Shown here in pieces: positions 13,075 to 27,180 of a stretch of 64,000 nucleotides of DNA. The stretch spans positions 1 through 64,000 of the forward strand of contig CT868352.1 in the NCBI GenBank assembly GCA_000165425.1, in the 5' to 3' direction. The notes below the pieces were generated by a model. That model made no database searches and was not told where the DNA came from. It saw only the letters and a program-made list of their open reading frames with translations. Numbering within the stretch: position 1 is the first letter of the stretch; each line of letters begins with the position of its first letter. This DNA is from Paramecium tetraurelia (Eukaryota). The translations under genes and the position numbers were made by a program.

Positions 13075-14295
13075 ATGTTTTAACCAAAATCAATGAAATT
13101 CACACCTCACAATTCGATTGCAGGAAATGAAAATGTTAACTCTTTAAACAAATCCAAACCTATTAAGAATATGTGTTGTATGAATCACCCTTAAAAAACT
13201 GCTAAATATTGTATGGCAAAGGATCTTTCAGTGTCATTGTGTTCCAAATGTGCTATTAATATGGCAGGCAAAGGTTTTGTCGTTGAAGAAATAAATGGAT
13301 TTGAAGAACGACAAAGGAGGGATGTAATCGATAGGTTTCTGAATCTGGTTAATAGAAACCTTTCTTAATATGATAAAGCATTGTCAGGGTTATTAACTAA
13401 AAAGTAGGACATTACAAAATACTTCGAATAATAGGTAGACAAAGTAATCAGATTTCATTAATTGGTTACCTAGTAACTGTCTGAAGAGAAAGACAAATTA
13501 ATTCAACAATTAACTTAAAATTTTAAATAGACCTCTTTAACGTATGAAGAAACTATAAAGACACTCCAAAATTCAAAGTAGGAAAGCATTGGAATGAAAA
13601 ATGATGTGCAATAGAATTTAGATCGTATTGTCAAACAAATTGCGTAAGAGCCATTTAATGAAATAATGAATTGTTACCATAAGACAGTAGAGAAGTATGT
13701 CTCAGACATTGAAGATCTACAAAGAAAACCTATTGAAGTCATCAAAATAACCTTGAATGAACCATATAAAATAAATGAATTCGTCACTGTAGGTTTACAA
13801 AAAACATCTTTAATAAAGAAAAATTTATCTGAGATTGGATTAAGAACCATAACTAATGAGGATGTGTATGAAAGCATTGCAAAGAGAGACTCTGTTAATT
13901 ATTAAAAAACCTCAAAAACGTTATCATCATTGCCTCGAACCCCCAAAACTGAAAGTTCTCCTTTTAAATCAGTTCCTGTCACTAACATCGATCTATATCA
14001 TACACCTGAGTAACAACAGCTAAAGACATTTAAGTCTTAAACAAGTCTCTAATAAGCAAAGATGCAATTGGCTTAGGTTCAAGAGAATATTGAATAAAAT
14101 TATGAGGAAGGCCATTCTTAGATGATCGAAAGAGATGATGTTGAAAATTCCTATTAAATGATGATTGCAGAGTCAGTTTCCGATAGCGAAGACTTTATTG
14201 ATCAACTGAATTTAATACAATCACTTACTGTTGGCTAAAATGGACACTTAAATTCACTTAAAATGTACAGTTCACCTCAATTCAAGAATCGATGA
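13075..14295 (+). CDS. B-box-like zinc finger / coiled-coil protein
   Basis: Intronless 407 codons; CMNHPQKTAKYC...LCSKCA motif followed by coiled coil. Confidence 0.75.
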
Positions 14296-14469
14296 TTTTA
14301 TATAATAATGATATCATAGTCTATTTTAATATCTTCTTGTTTGTTTGATAGAACTATTAAAGCCTGTAAATTCGAGTTGATTATCCATTCTTATTTTTGA
14401 GTTGAATACTAAATTGGGATTAAAATGAGCTAACATCAATTTATATTCTTGATAATTTAAATAAAATAA

Positions 14470-15024
14470 ATGCTATTAAAAACACGACATAGGTCTTCTT
14501 TGTAGACTACCCATGATTCATTTCTCTCAGAATTAGAAGTTGATAGAATTATTAGCTCTTGCAATTTAACTTTAGCCAAAGTGACTTCAGAACATGATGA
14601 AATCAAAGTTTAAATTTAGGATTATAAAGCATCGATCGACTACTTATAAAAATCAAATATACAATAAGAGAAACAATTAAAAGTTCTGAAATCCAATCTA
14701 GACGACAAAGAATATGTACAAAATATAAAAAATGATGTTCTTAAAAAATTAAATGGGATCGAAGACAATATGGGCAATCTTGAGAAGTATTTGGAAGAAA
14801 TCTAATAAATAACACAAGAAATTGAATCCTCTCCAATTATGTGGAAATGTATTAGATGTGGATTTGCTTAAAAAGAAGGTTAAAATGAAGCTAGTTGCAC
14901 ATACCACCCTGGAAAATTAAAATACTTCTCTTGTAGATTATGTGGTTAAGATGAATATTTTACTTGTTGTAATAGATGTAGAGATTGTCTTTACGGTTGC
15001 ACCAAAGGTTTACATAAACCATGA
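14470..15024 (+). CDS. Coiled-coil protein with C-terminal CHORD-like Cys/His zinc-binding domain
   Basis: 185 codons, ends WKCIRCG...NEASCTYHPGKLKYFSCRLCGQDEYFTCCNRCRDCLYGCTKGLHKP. Confidence 0.8.
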
Positions 15025-15222
15025 ATTATATCTATACAAATATTAATTGTTTAAACTTTATGTTTTACTAAACTAATTCTAAGTAGATTAATGGTATTTC
15101 ATTCTATTTTAAAGTATACTCTTGTTCGACAGTAGATTAAGTTATTTTAATAAATAAATATTCTTATTAAAAATAAAAATTATATTATTTGTTTACAATT
15201 AAATTTCTAAACTATTTCACAT

Positions 15223-16001
15223 ATGGACTCAAGTGAAGTTATATCTAATCCAATCTGCCCAAATAAACCAAAAATTCCCTATGAGGTAACCAAGACTTTT
15301 TGTCCTCGACAAGAAAACTCAAGTTATTTGAATTGGTAAGAATAAGCAAATGATAAATCCAATTCTGAATTAACTTAACTCTATGGAATGTCTGCTTATT
15401 AAGTACTCACAGGAGAAAATCAATTCGATGGGCATTGCTGCAATAAAATGGCAGAAATAGCACGAAATAACTAGAAGCAACTTTAAGGATAATTAGCTAC
15501 TATGTAATAATTGAATATTTTAATAACTGAACATTAAAAACTCCTAGATCGTTCCTATTAACAATTAAAGGATGAAAAATAAAGGAAGGAGTAATAATTA
15601 GCAAAAAGTTTAGATATCAGTTAAGACTTGTTAAATAAAGATCAAGTAATAAATCAATGGAAAACAAAATATGAAAAGGAAACCATGCAAAATCAATAAA
15701 GAGACCATAAAATTGAGTAAAAATATAGTTAATATTTAGACAATTGAAGCAAAAGATTGCAGAGGCAGAAGAAAGGTAGGAACAATCTGTCGCCATAGTC
15801 GGACTGTAAGATGAAATAAATACTTGGAAGAATAGATATCTTAATCTAAACAAGACATTTGATGAGACAAAGCATAAATTAAATGAACTTTAGACTGAAT
15901 CAGAAAATTTAAAAAGCAAGCAGCCTAATTAAGATGAATCTTCATAATCTACAACTACTACAACGACAACAGTTAAAAGAACAAAAAAATAATAGGAATG
16001 A
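15223..16001 (+). CDS. Hypothetical coiled-coil protein
   Basis: ATG 15223, one 23-nt intron near 15717, TGA 15999-16001. Confidence 0.7.
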
Positions 16002-16058
16002 ATAAAAATACAGAGATTTTATCATCGATATATTATTCAATATTATTTATAAAATATT

Positions 16059-16728
16059 ATGGGTCAAATGGCTGCAAAACAAAATCAAAATCATAATTTG
16101 GCTGTGTAGGAAGAAAATTAAGTACAAGAACCTGATAAAGAAAATATGGAAATAGAATATGCTGATCAAATTAGTGTTGAAAACTAAAAGTATTTTTAAA
16201 ATTAATTCTTACAGATTTCCATTCTGTATTGTTTGGACAAGTATACCCGTTGCAACATGGCTTATTCCTTGTATAGGACATACTGGAATTTGTACATCTG
16301 AAGGAACTATTCATGACTTTGGGGGACCATACTATGTAGCAATCGATAATTTTACTTTTGGAAAACCATTAAAATATGTTAGATTAAATAAAGAATTTGA
16401 AGTCTCAAGATAAACTTGGGATGATGCTATTTTAAAAGCAGATGATGAATTTAAATAATAGACGGTACTTATAGCAAAAAAATTTAGCATAACTTATTTA
16501 CAAATAATTGTCATAGCCATATTGCAAAGGCTCTAATTAATATGAAGTATAAAGGGAAATAATCTTATACTATGTTTCACATATGGCTAATGCTCATTAT
16601 AAGTGGATAATATGTTAGGTATTTATGTGTCTATAAATTAATCAAGTTTTGGAAGATTTGTTATGACATTCTTACCAACTATCATATTTTATGGGATCAT
16701 TTTAATGGTTGTGTTCTTGAGTAAATGA
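16059..16728 (+). CDS. TMEM222: TMEM222 / RTE1-like (DUF778) membrane protein
   Basis: FPFCIVWTSIPVATWLIPCIGHTGICTSEGTIHDFGGPYYV...FGKPLKY...HNLFTNNCHSHIA; three tiny introns. Confidence 0.9.
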
Positions 16729-16791
16729 TTATGATAAGAATATCGAGCATGATTTATTTCCAATATATTTAAAATAATAAACATAAATATT

Positions 16792-17133
16792 ATGAATTAA
16801 TAGGAAATTTTAATTCAGATTCTTGAAGGTTTGTAAACAAAGAACTCAAATATGATCATTTCAAGTCTTGAGTGTGACCAAAATTTGATTGCTGATGTAA
16901 TAAAAGAATTGCCTATTTCAAAATGCGAAGCCTTATTCTCATTTTTATTGAAAAAAATTAATAATCACAAATTATAAATTAATTGTATGAAGTGGATTGC
17001 AAGTTTATGTGACACAAGACCATAATTATTTTTAAATAATCCAAAATTTTAAGATTTGATTTCAAAGATAAAAGTTTCAGATTAAGACTCTTATGAACTG
17101 ATTGGAAAGCTTGAAATGATTGTTTAATAATGA
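16792..17133 (+). CDS. Small protein resembling a stand-alone Utp12/Utp5 (Dip2/Utp12) C-terminal helical domain
   Basis: 113 aa: QILEGLQTKNSNMIISSLECDQNLIADVIKELPISKCEALFSFLLKKI...CMKWIASL...LIGKLEMI. Confidence 0.6.
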
Positions 17134-17170
17134 ATTCTATTTTAATTTTTTTCATTAATATTTTTATCAA

Positions 17171-18783
17171 ATGGCTGATAATGATGATTATGAAATCTAA
17201 TATTACAAATATTTAGAGAAAATAGGAATGACTCCTCCCAATCCAAGAGTCAGAGAAACCCCTTTGAAATAAAGCGGCAGTGGAATTTCGTAAAGATTAT
17301 TATTCTAGAACTCTTCATTAAAAAAAGAACTGAATTATTAAAGAATTAATTCAATTATAGTACTGAATAACTAATTAGAAATTAATTTAGCCAATAAATA
17401 GTCCTAACCTAAACTACTAAATATCACTTCAAATTCAGAAGGTAAAAGTCCTATTTTTGACATACAAACCAGCCTAATCCAATCCAATGAATAAAAAAAT
17501 GAAAAAGGATTGTCTTAAATTGATGAATTTGCGGATGAGTATTAGTAAGAAGCATCTAACAAAACTAATTGTTATGAGTCAAAATAAGAATAAAACAACG
17601 ACAACATCAACCTAGACTTTTCGTCCCTTCAATTAAAACCATTGACCGCCAATAAATTACATGAAGAAGCTTAGTAGAGAGCTGAGTAATAAAATTAGCT
17701 ACTTCAAGAATCTAAAGACTTCGAAATTCAAACATCATTATAAAATAATTTAGAGTTGAATGAACAGCAAATTTTATAAGATGAATAATCTTGTTAGCAG
17801 GAATAAGGCGCTAACTAAAGCAATCAAGAGCCATCAAAATAAGATAGCCCAATTATTATAAATACTGAGTAAAATCAAGATGTAGAATCCTAAAATATAC
17901 AGCTTCAGTCACAAATGATAAGTTAAAATGAACAAATTGAAAAAATAAATTCCTCTGATTTAGAGGTAGATAAAATATAAATTTTGGAACCTCAACCTTA
18001 AGTAGAAAAGTAGCAAAATATTGAAATACAACCCTTAGAAGTTATTATGTAAGAATAAATTGAGTAAGAAAATCATTATTAGCCCTAAACTTCAACCTCA
18101 TAAAATAATATTATTATTAGTTAATAAGAGCCAACTGAAATTCAATTAGAAAAAGAAAATGATGAAATAGATAGACCTTAAATTTAAGTTTCTGATAATA
18201 ATATCATAATCAATGAAGCTATGGAAATTGAGAAAATATAAATACCCCATTTGGAGGAATAAATTGTGATTGTAGAAAAAAATAATTTAGAGTTTAATCC
18301 TCCTGAGAATAAATAGAATACTGATCAAGAAAATTGTAATAACAATATTAACTAATAACAAGTGGTTGAATAAAAACTTATTGAAAAGAAAAAGAAAAAA
18401 TAGAAGAAAAGTAGAATCATTAATAAAAAAAAGAAAAAGGAAAAGAAAAATAAAGTAGAAAAAAATGAACAAACTTAAAATAACGAAAAAGTATAATCCT
18501 AGGAAATAAAACAGTGTTAATCCTAGGAGATAAAACAGTGCGAAGAAAAATAAATTTCTCAGATTGAAGAAAAACTGAATAATGAACCATTAAAAGTAGA
18601 ATAGGAATAAAAGAATCCTATTTGCAATCTATTATAATCATTAATTCAAGGATTTTATGGGGAAAACATAAAAATAAATTGGCATAAATATACCTTCTTA
18701 AGAAGGAAAATTTAAAAGTAATTAAAATTTATATTATCGTTAGAAAAAGATCTATATTGCTAAAGTCTAAGTTGTTAATTTGA
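17171..18783 (+). CDS. Q/E-rich low-complexity hypothetical protein
   Basis: ATG 17171 (MADNDDYEIQYYKYL), long Q/E/N-rich frame, 26-nt intron near 18718, TGA 18781-18783. Confidence 0.7.
18494..18541 (+). repeat. 2 x 24-bp coding tandem repeat (QSQEIKQC)
   Basis: taatcctaggaaataaaacagtgt / taatcctaggagataaaacagtgc. Confidence 0.8.
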
Positions 18784-18834
18784 AGTTTCAAAATTTGAAT
18801 ATATATAGTTATAGTTTGTTCATAATATTAACTA

Positions 18835-20430
<1,596 letters not shown>

Positions 20431-20551
20431 TCGAAAATAATTAAAATAAATAATAACCCATTTATATCAATATTTTCAAAAAGTATGCTATAAACAAATA
20501 AAACCATTCATGATGTATTATTTTCTAGATACTTTATAAAACATAATTATT

Positions 20552-22103
20552 TCAAATGTATTTCTTCACCCAAATATTAATTTATTATTTATTCCACTAT
20601 TCTGCAATTTATTTTATTTGACGCAATGTCTCACTGGATAATTTGTGTATCAACTCTAAGTAAAAAGAATTAATTGATTATAGAAACGGATTCAACTCTT
20701 TTTCATTCTAATTTCTCTAACTCAACTCATCTAGAATTCCTATTTTTAAGAGATAGATTATTTAGCATAGAACCTAATATGGCGAGTTTAAATAAGTGAA
20801 TTAATTAGTTGTTTAAACTACTAAATAATCTAAAAGCTAAAATATTATTGTGACTATAGAATACTTATTTTGGCAACACCTCCAAATTATCATCTCTCCA
20901 TTAATGTACAAGACATAAAGATAAAGAAGAAAAATATAATTAATCATATTTCTAACTGTATTAGTTCATCTCATTTGAATGTTAGAAATGCAACTCATCA
21001 ATTTATTTGTAATTGTAATAGCAATACAATTTAATCTTAAGAGATGGCACTTAAGTTTTTAATCTAGTTTATACTGATTAACTGTTGTGTGATAGTATTA
21101 TGATGTTGTTTTCCTTTTGAATTCTAAATTCAGTTTCTAATTCTTTTAAAAGTTTTTAAAACTTAATCTCATGCTAATCAGAAATTTCTAAAATGATATC
21201 CAATTCCGGTTTAGTAATTCTAATTGATTTGGATATAAATGATCCAGTAATTTAGAAGTTGAACCCACTTAATTGCTATATAAACATCAAGAAAATAAAA
21301 GAGGATTCATTATTTAATTGAAGTAATTTTGCTAATTAAAAACTAAGAGTGTTATTTTCATTTATTTAATTTTTATCTTAGTTAACGTTTAATTATTCAG
21401 AAATCATCTATGCAGGTTCGGGAATTTCAATTTTATGTTAAATCACTTATATTTATGTCTGCTAATTATTCTATACATTATTGATAGTTCTCATTGGAGT
21501 ATTTTAATAGATGTTATCATTATACTCTATTTTCACCTTTTTGTGAGAATCTTGATAAATTTAACCAGATTATATACCAAAATAATTCTATATTTAAGAA
21601 TTAACATTATCACAGTGTTACAAATTACGATATTTTTGAAAAATAGCCTAGATCAGATTATAAGCACTAGTTTTTCTAGCATTAGTCTCTATAAAACTAA
21701 AGCCTTCACTCCTGAGATTATCAAATTCTAAATGACATTGCTTATAACCATCCGATTATTCAATAGTTTCTTCTAAATCCTTCTAAATTTGATGCTCTGA
21801 TTTGATCCTTTATATTACGGTCAGAAGAATTTGATATTGATCATCTTTGGGGACAATGAAATTATTTTTTTCAGCAAATTCCCAATCCTTTTTCATTAAT
21901 TCATCATATCCAATATCAGCACATTATTATCTTGCAATTTTTGTATTTTTACCAAACCCATTTGAAATCAATAATGAATTCACAAATAACTTGCATGAAA
22001 ATTCTGAATTTGTACCTTATTCAGGTGAGGTGACAAAAAACTTATAGGTGTAATTTTTTAACTTATCAAATGTTTCCTTAATTTTCGAAAGCTTCTTTTA
22101 CAT
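20552..22103 (-). CDS. Tandem dsRNA-binding-motif protein with C-terminal DZF-like (nucleotidyltransferase-fold) domain
   Basis: 508 codons, one 28-nt intron (20837-20864). dsRBM-like FSCKLFVNSLLISNGFGKNTKIARQQCA; DZF-like ITGSFISKSIRITKPELDII and LVHQWR...LPKQLLDYL...IIYLLKIGIL. Confidence 0.65.
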
Positions 22104-22519
22104 TTCTAAATATTTAGTTAAATTAAATATTTTATAAAATAGTATTACAAAATTTCGCTAACATATAATGTGTAATTTTGCTATTTCATTAATAATATTA
22201 CACTTTTATATATAAATAATATATAATTCCATAGAATAACCAGATTGATCATATATTTTTTGCTTATTTATCCCACACATATCACTAATATTTAAATAAT
22301 GGTTTCAGAGAAGTCTAAACTCAAAAACTAAGTTATCGATTATGTATAATTAATTGAGAATGAATAATATTAAAGATCTTCCATAAATGTAAGCAAATAG
22401 GCTCATCAAATTATACGTGCTTAATTCAAAATTATCTTGTTAGGGACAGGAATGTGCATTGATAAAAAAAATGTAATTTAGATTGAGCAAGCAAAATACG
22501 AAAATAAATATATAAATAG

Positions 22520-22750
22520 TCATTAAATAGTTAATGTAGAATAGCTTTATTACTGTAAATGCTTGTGTAGTAATGTTTTAACTGCAATTGGGCAATCCTT
22601 TTTATTAAAATGAATATAAAGAACATCCTCTTTAAAAGTCACCTTTTTACATATCTCATTCAAACATTCAATAGAAGTGAAATCAGTTACTTATGAATTT
22701 TTATCACCTGATGATCTTTTAAGTTAGTTGAATTTCAATTTTTTGGACAT
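22520..22750 (-). CDS. Small hypothetical protein with RVxF-type motif (KKVTF)
   Basis: 77-codon ATG..TGA frame: MSKKLKFNQ...CKKVTFKEDVLYIHFNKKDCP. Confidence 0.5.
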
Positions 22751-22873
22751 TATTAGTAACACTTAATAATATAATTTTATGATTGCATTTTCTATAAGAT
22801 ACCATATTCATATATTATAAAATATTATATCATTAAATTGTATATATATTTAGATATTGTTCTTAAATCAACT

Positions 22874-24582
22874 TCACTTTAAAATATTCAATCCAATTAT
22901 AATAGCAGATATCAAAATAAATAATCCATAAAGAACGATTATCTTTACTCCGTCCTAAGATTTCAAAGTAAATCCTTTAGCTAATGCAAGCAAGAGTAAA
23001 ATAAACACTATGACACAAAGAACTGCAATTGAAATACAGAAGGCTCTTTGAAAATCATTATAATCCATTTCATATTCAATGTCCAAATCAATTATAATTC
23101 TCAAAACCCAAGGTAATCCTGTGCATAGGGATATTTTGCATATTGCAGTTTAAAAGAATGCCTGAGTGAATTCTAATTTTGTTTCAATTTTTGCAACTTC
23201 TAAATTATAATTCGCAAATTATATTTAAGTAAAAAAGCCCAAAAAAATCATTCCTATTAATTATAAAGGGATTCCTGTAGCCAATGCTAGTTCGAATGCC
23301 CACCAATCAATTAAATAATAGCATCCACAAAGCAAAACTAAGTTCAAGAAAAAGCATAGCACCAATTTTTTGGGTACAACATTTTCGTTATAGCTTGGCA
23401 ATAAGTACAATATCAGATGAATGGGGAAGAAAATTATAAATAACACCTTATCTAAAGATTCTTTAGGCATTTCAAGTTTTGATTATTCTTAATTCATTTG
23501 GTCATCAGGATTTTAATTTTAGGAGTGCTATTAATCTTAATTATTTGGTTGGTGTACAGATTCCATTGGATTAGAATCTATTAAAGGATTGTCATCTTGA
23601 TCATATATCTTAGTTAATCATTTCTTTATTTTATTGCACTTTGAGGTTATTCATCATTTAGTTATTATCTTTACTTCTATTTTGGTTTGTTAAGGTTTTA
23701 GTAAAATTCTGATCGCTTTTGAATTTCAGATTTGATTGAATTTCTGATTGAAAATATAATAGCATATACAATTGATCCAAACCTTTATCTAATTCTCTTC
23801 TCTTAAGGATTTTGTTATCCATATTTGATTACCAAGATAGCTTCAAAAGTGTTTATCTTTTTTTGTAAACTTTAATCTTTGAGATCAACCATCCCTGCAT
23901 CTCTCAGCTGTGTTACTGAATATCTTCGTCTTTTGTATTCTAAATGCTAATCTGAATTGAATTCATTATCTTCATTATTGAGGGTCAGCCATTCCATTAT
24001 TTTTTCTTTTATTTCATAATTCCCTGCTAAAACAATCAAATCTAATATGTAATAAACAAGTAGAACCAAGGCTGTTCCTATCTTAGCCCACTCGTAATAA
24101 AGACACAGCAACATCACAAGCAATCCAACTATATAAATAACACAATCTCTTAATGTCGTCCATGTGTCCAAGACTCCATGATGCGAATTAGGAAATTTAA
24201 TTAGAATTAAACCAAAAATGAATAATATACTAAAGGCATCTGATCCAATAATTACTGATACCCCCAAATCAGACTTACTGCTAAATGTTGAATAAAAACA
24301 TAAAATCAAATATTGCATTGAGTTTAGTAAACTATATAGTATAGGTCTATATGTTTCTTCATATTCTTTATCCTATAATTTTAACTATTTTCATATTTAC
24401 TTACATCTAACAAACTCATAAAGTCTTCAAACAAATTTGACAAATACTTCTTATAAATGTAATATACAAAAGCAAACATATATAACAACCCTTTAATCAT
24501 AATATAGCTTACCGATTATAAATCCGATTACATGTCCAGCGTTATGATCTTCAACTGTAGGGACTAATTCTCTGTAGGTCAT
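22874..24582 (-). CDS. K+-dependent Na+/Ca2+ exchanger (NCKX/CaCA)-like membrane protein, divergent
   Basis: Two TM clusters around a large hydrophilic loop; SDLGVSVIIGSDAFSILF, RDCVIY, TGIP...GLPW motifs. Confidence 0.8.
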
Positions 24583-25004
24583 GAAGAAAAAATTAAAATT
24601 TTTTTAATATAAATCAAAAAGAATTTGAACGGGCCAATTACAAATCATATCATATTTGAGTTAATCGACTATAATGGTGTTAGCCATAAGTTTGCTCAAC
24701 ATTTAATTACAAAATTAGAAAAAAGGTTACAAAGTGGAAATATGAAACTGATATTATGATTAACAATTAGATAATATAATTCATTACCCTATTGGCAACT
24801 AGAATTACTATAAGAAAAGATAAGGATTAAGTTAAAAACTAGAATAATTCTTCTATTATTGAAAATACTAAATTTAATATTTTGTTCTTCCACTTAAGAA
24901 AATGGTATAGAAAATACAAAATTTAATATTATAAAAATCTTTCAAGGATTTATCACATCTATTATTGTATTATAATGTTATTAAATTGTTTTTATAAAAT
25001 AAAT

Positions 25005-27180
25005 TCACTGCCCTAATGCCTATAATTCATTTCCTTTTTATTCCAAAAAATCAGCTAAAAATTATAATGGATTTTCAGGATGCTTTTCGCATATATTTAT
25101 TAAACCTTCTGTTAAGAAAGGAACTACATTATCAGCCAAATATTGTCTTAGAGGTTAGCTTCTTTAATCTAAGAGTTCTCTTTCTTATTGTCTAATAAGG
25201 TCTTACTTTTACTCATCTGTTAACTTTTTATTATCTTTGGATAATCTACTTTCATTTATTGATTTCTAAATTAAATGAATTTATTACATTGAGTTAATCT
25301 CCTTTCTTTTTAGGTCCTACTTAAGATTGTTGTACTTAGGATTATTACACAGCAGCAACCTTCTCTTGTTGAACTGATGAAATTTAAGGAGAGGGTGAAA
25401 TATCATCTTATTATTCATCCACTTATACTACTTCTTCATCTTTTACATCTTGTAACACCAAAATTGGTCCATTTCTAGTAATGAAATCTTTAGATTAGTC
25501 AAAAGCACTTTCTTAATCTGAAATTCTCTTGATATCAAACTACTCATATTGTGCCAATAATTATTCATTATTCTTTCTAAAATTAGCCAATCTTTTGACC
25601 ACCAGATCCTCTTAATATCTGGGATTATCATTATGTTACTTCGCTTTTTCTTTCAATTGTTCATCTGAGTATTCCAAATAAATCGCACCTTTTGGTTTAA
25701 TCGATTCAATTAATTAGCCTTCCTCATTTATGAATAGTTTTTCATATTATTCTAATGTTTTAGGAAAACCATCTAAAACATAACCTAAATTTTAGGCATC
25801 ATTTTAGTCCAATCTCCACTTATAAATTTATATCAAGACTGAGTCAGGAAGTCTTGGTTATATGCCACTTGGATCAAATACAGGTTCTGGTTAACCTTTA
25901 GGAACCTTTTTCTTTTTCTTCTCAGCTTCAAAAATAGCTAATGCTTCTGCAACCAATTAATCTTTTACTTATTATAAAGTGGTCCTTACTAATTCCCCTA
26001 ATTCAGATTATTATTCAATCAATTCCTAAATTAAGGGTTTAATCTATATATGAGGAATTCTATAAAAATTAGCCAATTATTTGCAAAGATTTGATTTTCC
26101 TGAGGCTGTTCCTCCATGCACGATTAATTTAACAGTATCTAAACCTCTATAGAGTTTAAATTAATCCCTAATTTTTAAAATATTTTTTGCAAATCCTTCT
26201 TTGCATTGCCATATTATTATAGGGTTTTTCTTAGCATCTATATATTGATCTTCAGACTCAAATACTTAGGTAGGTCTAAGCCAAATATTTATGGTTAGCA
26301 TTTTTTCAATAGGTGTTGTAACATTCTTTGTAAAACCATTTCCTACAGATTTAGCAATTGTAGTAACCAGTTTCTTTTAAGTCATATTTTCATAATCAAC
26401 TGCAAAAATATACCTCTCATTAGGTGTTAATGTGACTGTTTTATTCACTATATTGGCTAAATCATTCACATGAATCATTGGTATAATATTGTTTCCATCT
26501 CCATAAATTGGCAATTCTGCATCTGGTGTCATCCATGCAGTTTTAAATAAATCATATAAAATGTCCTCTCCATTTCCATATATTAACCCTGGTGTTATTA
26601 TGTATGCATGCAATTGAGGTTTATCACAGACAATGATTTATTGCTCTAAATTCTTTAATCTTTCCAAATAATGAATTTTCCTTATTGGGAGATCATTTTC
26701 AGTGAATTTATCATACTTTTTAAAAAATGGTTAATCTTCTGTTTCTCCTCCCATTGATTACCTCATAGCAGTTTCATCATTTTTTCTTTCTTTTAATGGA
26801 GTAGTCGACCAAGTCAAAGGATTGCTTATTAAAATAAAGATCTTAGACTATTAGTATTACCCATGCTTTAATAGTTTGTATGCATATTCTGCTCTGCAAT
26901 AATTCTGATGAAATATTACAATATCACAATCTAATACAACTTGACCTAATTCTTTTGGATCTGCTGCATTAATTAGTTTGGTTGCTCCTCTGGGCAAATT
27001 ATCTCCATTTCCAATAATAATATTTGGGTTAATATCATTTTCATTATCATTCCTAAATTCTTCAACTAATGCTGAACCAATTAAAGTATTCATTTCTTCT
27101 ATAAAAATTCTATTTTAGTGCCACGTTTATTATTTTTCTCCGGCTGATGTTCTTTCCATAGATCTAGTTTATAAACTCAT
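25005..27180 (-). CDS. AK7: Adenylate kinase 7-like (NAD-binding-like N-domain, AK domain, C-terminal Dpy-30 motif)
   Basis: PGLIYGNGED...IPMIHVNDLA, P-loop HGGTASGKS, GYVLDGFPKT, C-terminal SQPLRQYLADNVVPFLTEGLINICEKHPENPLQFLADFL. Confidence 0.92.

Noticed and set aside
24583..24702. In-frame upstream ATGs that could extend the NCKX-like protein
   Set aside because: The AT-rich tract just before ATG 24582 looks like a normal 5' flank; cannot be decided without transcript data.
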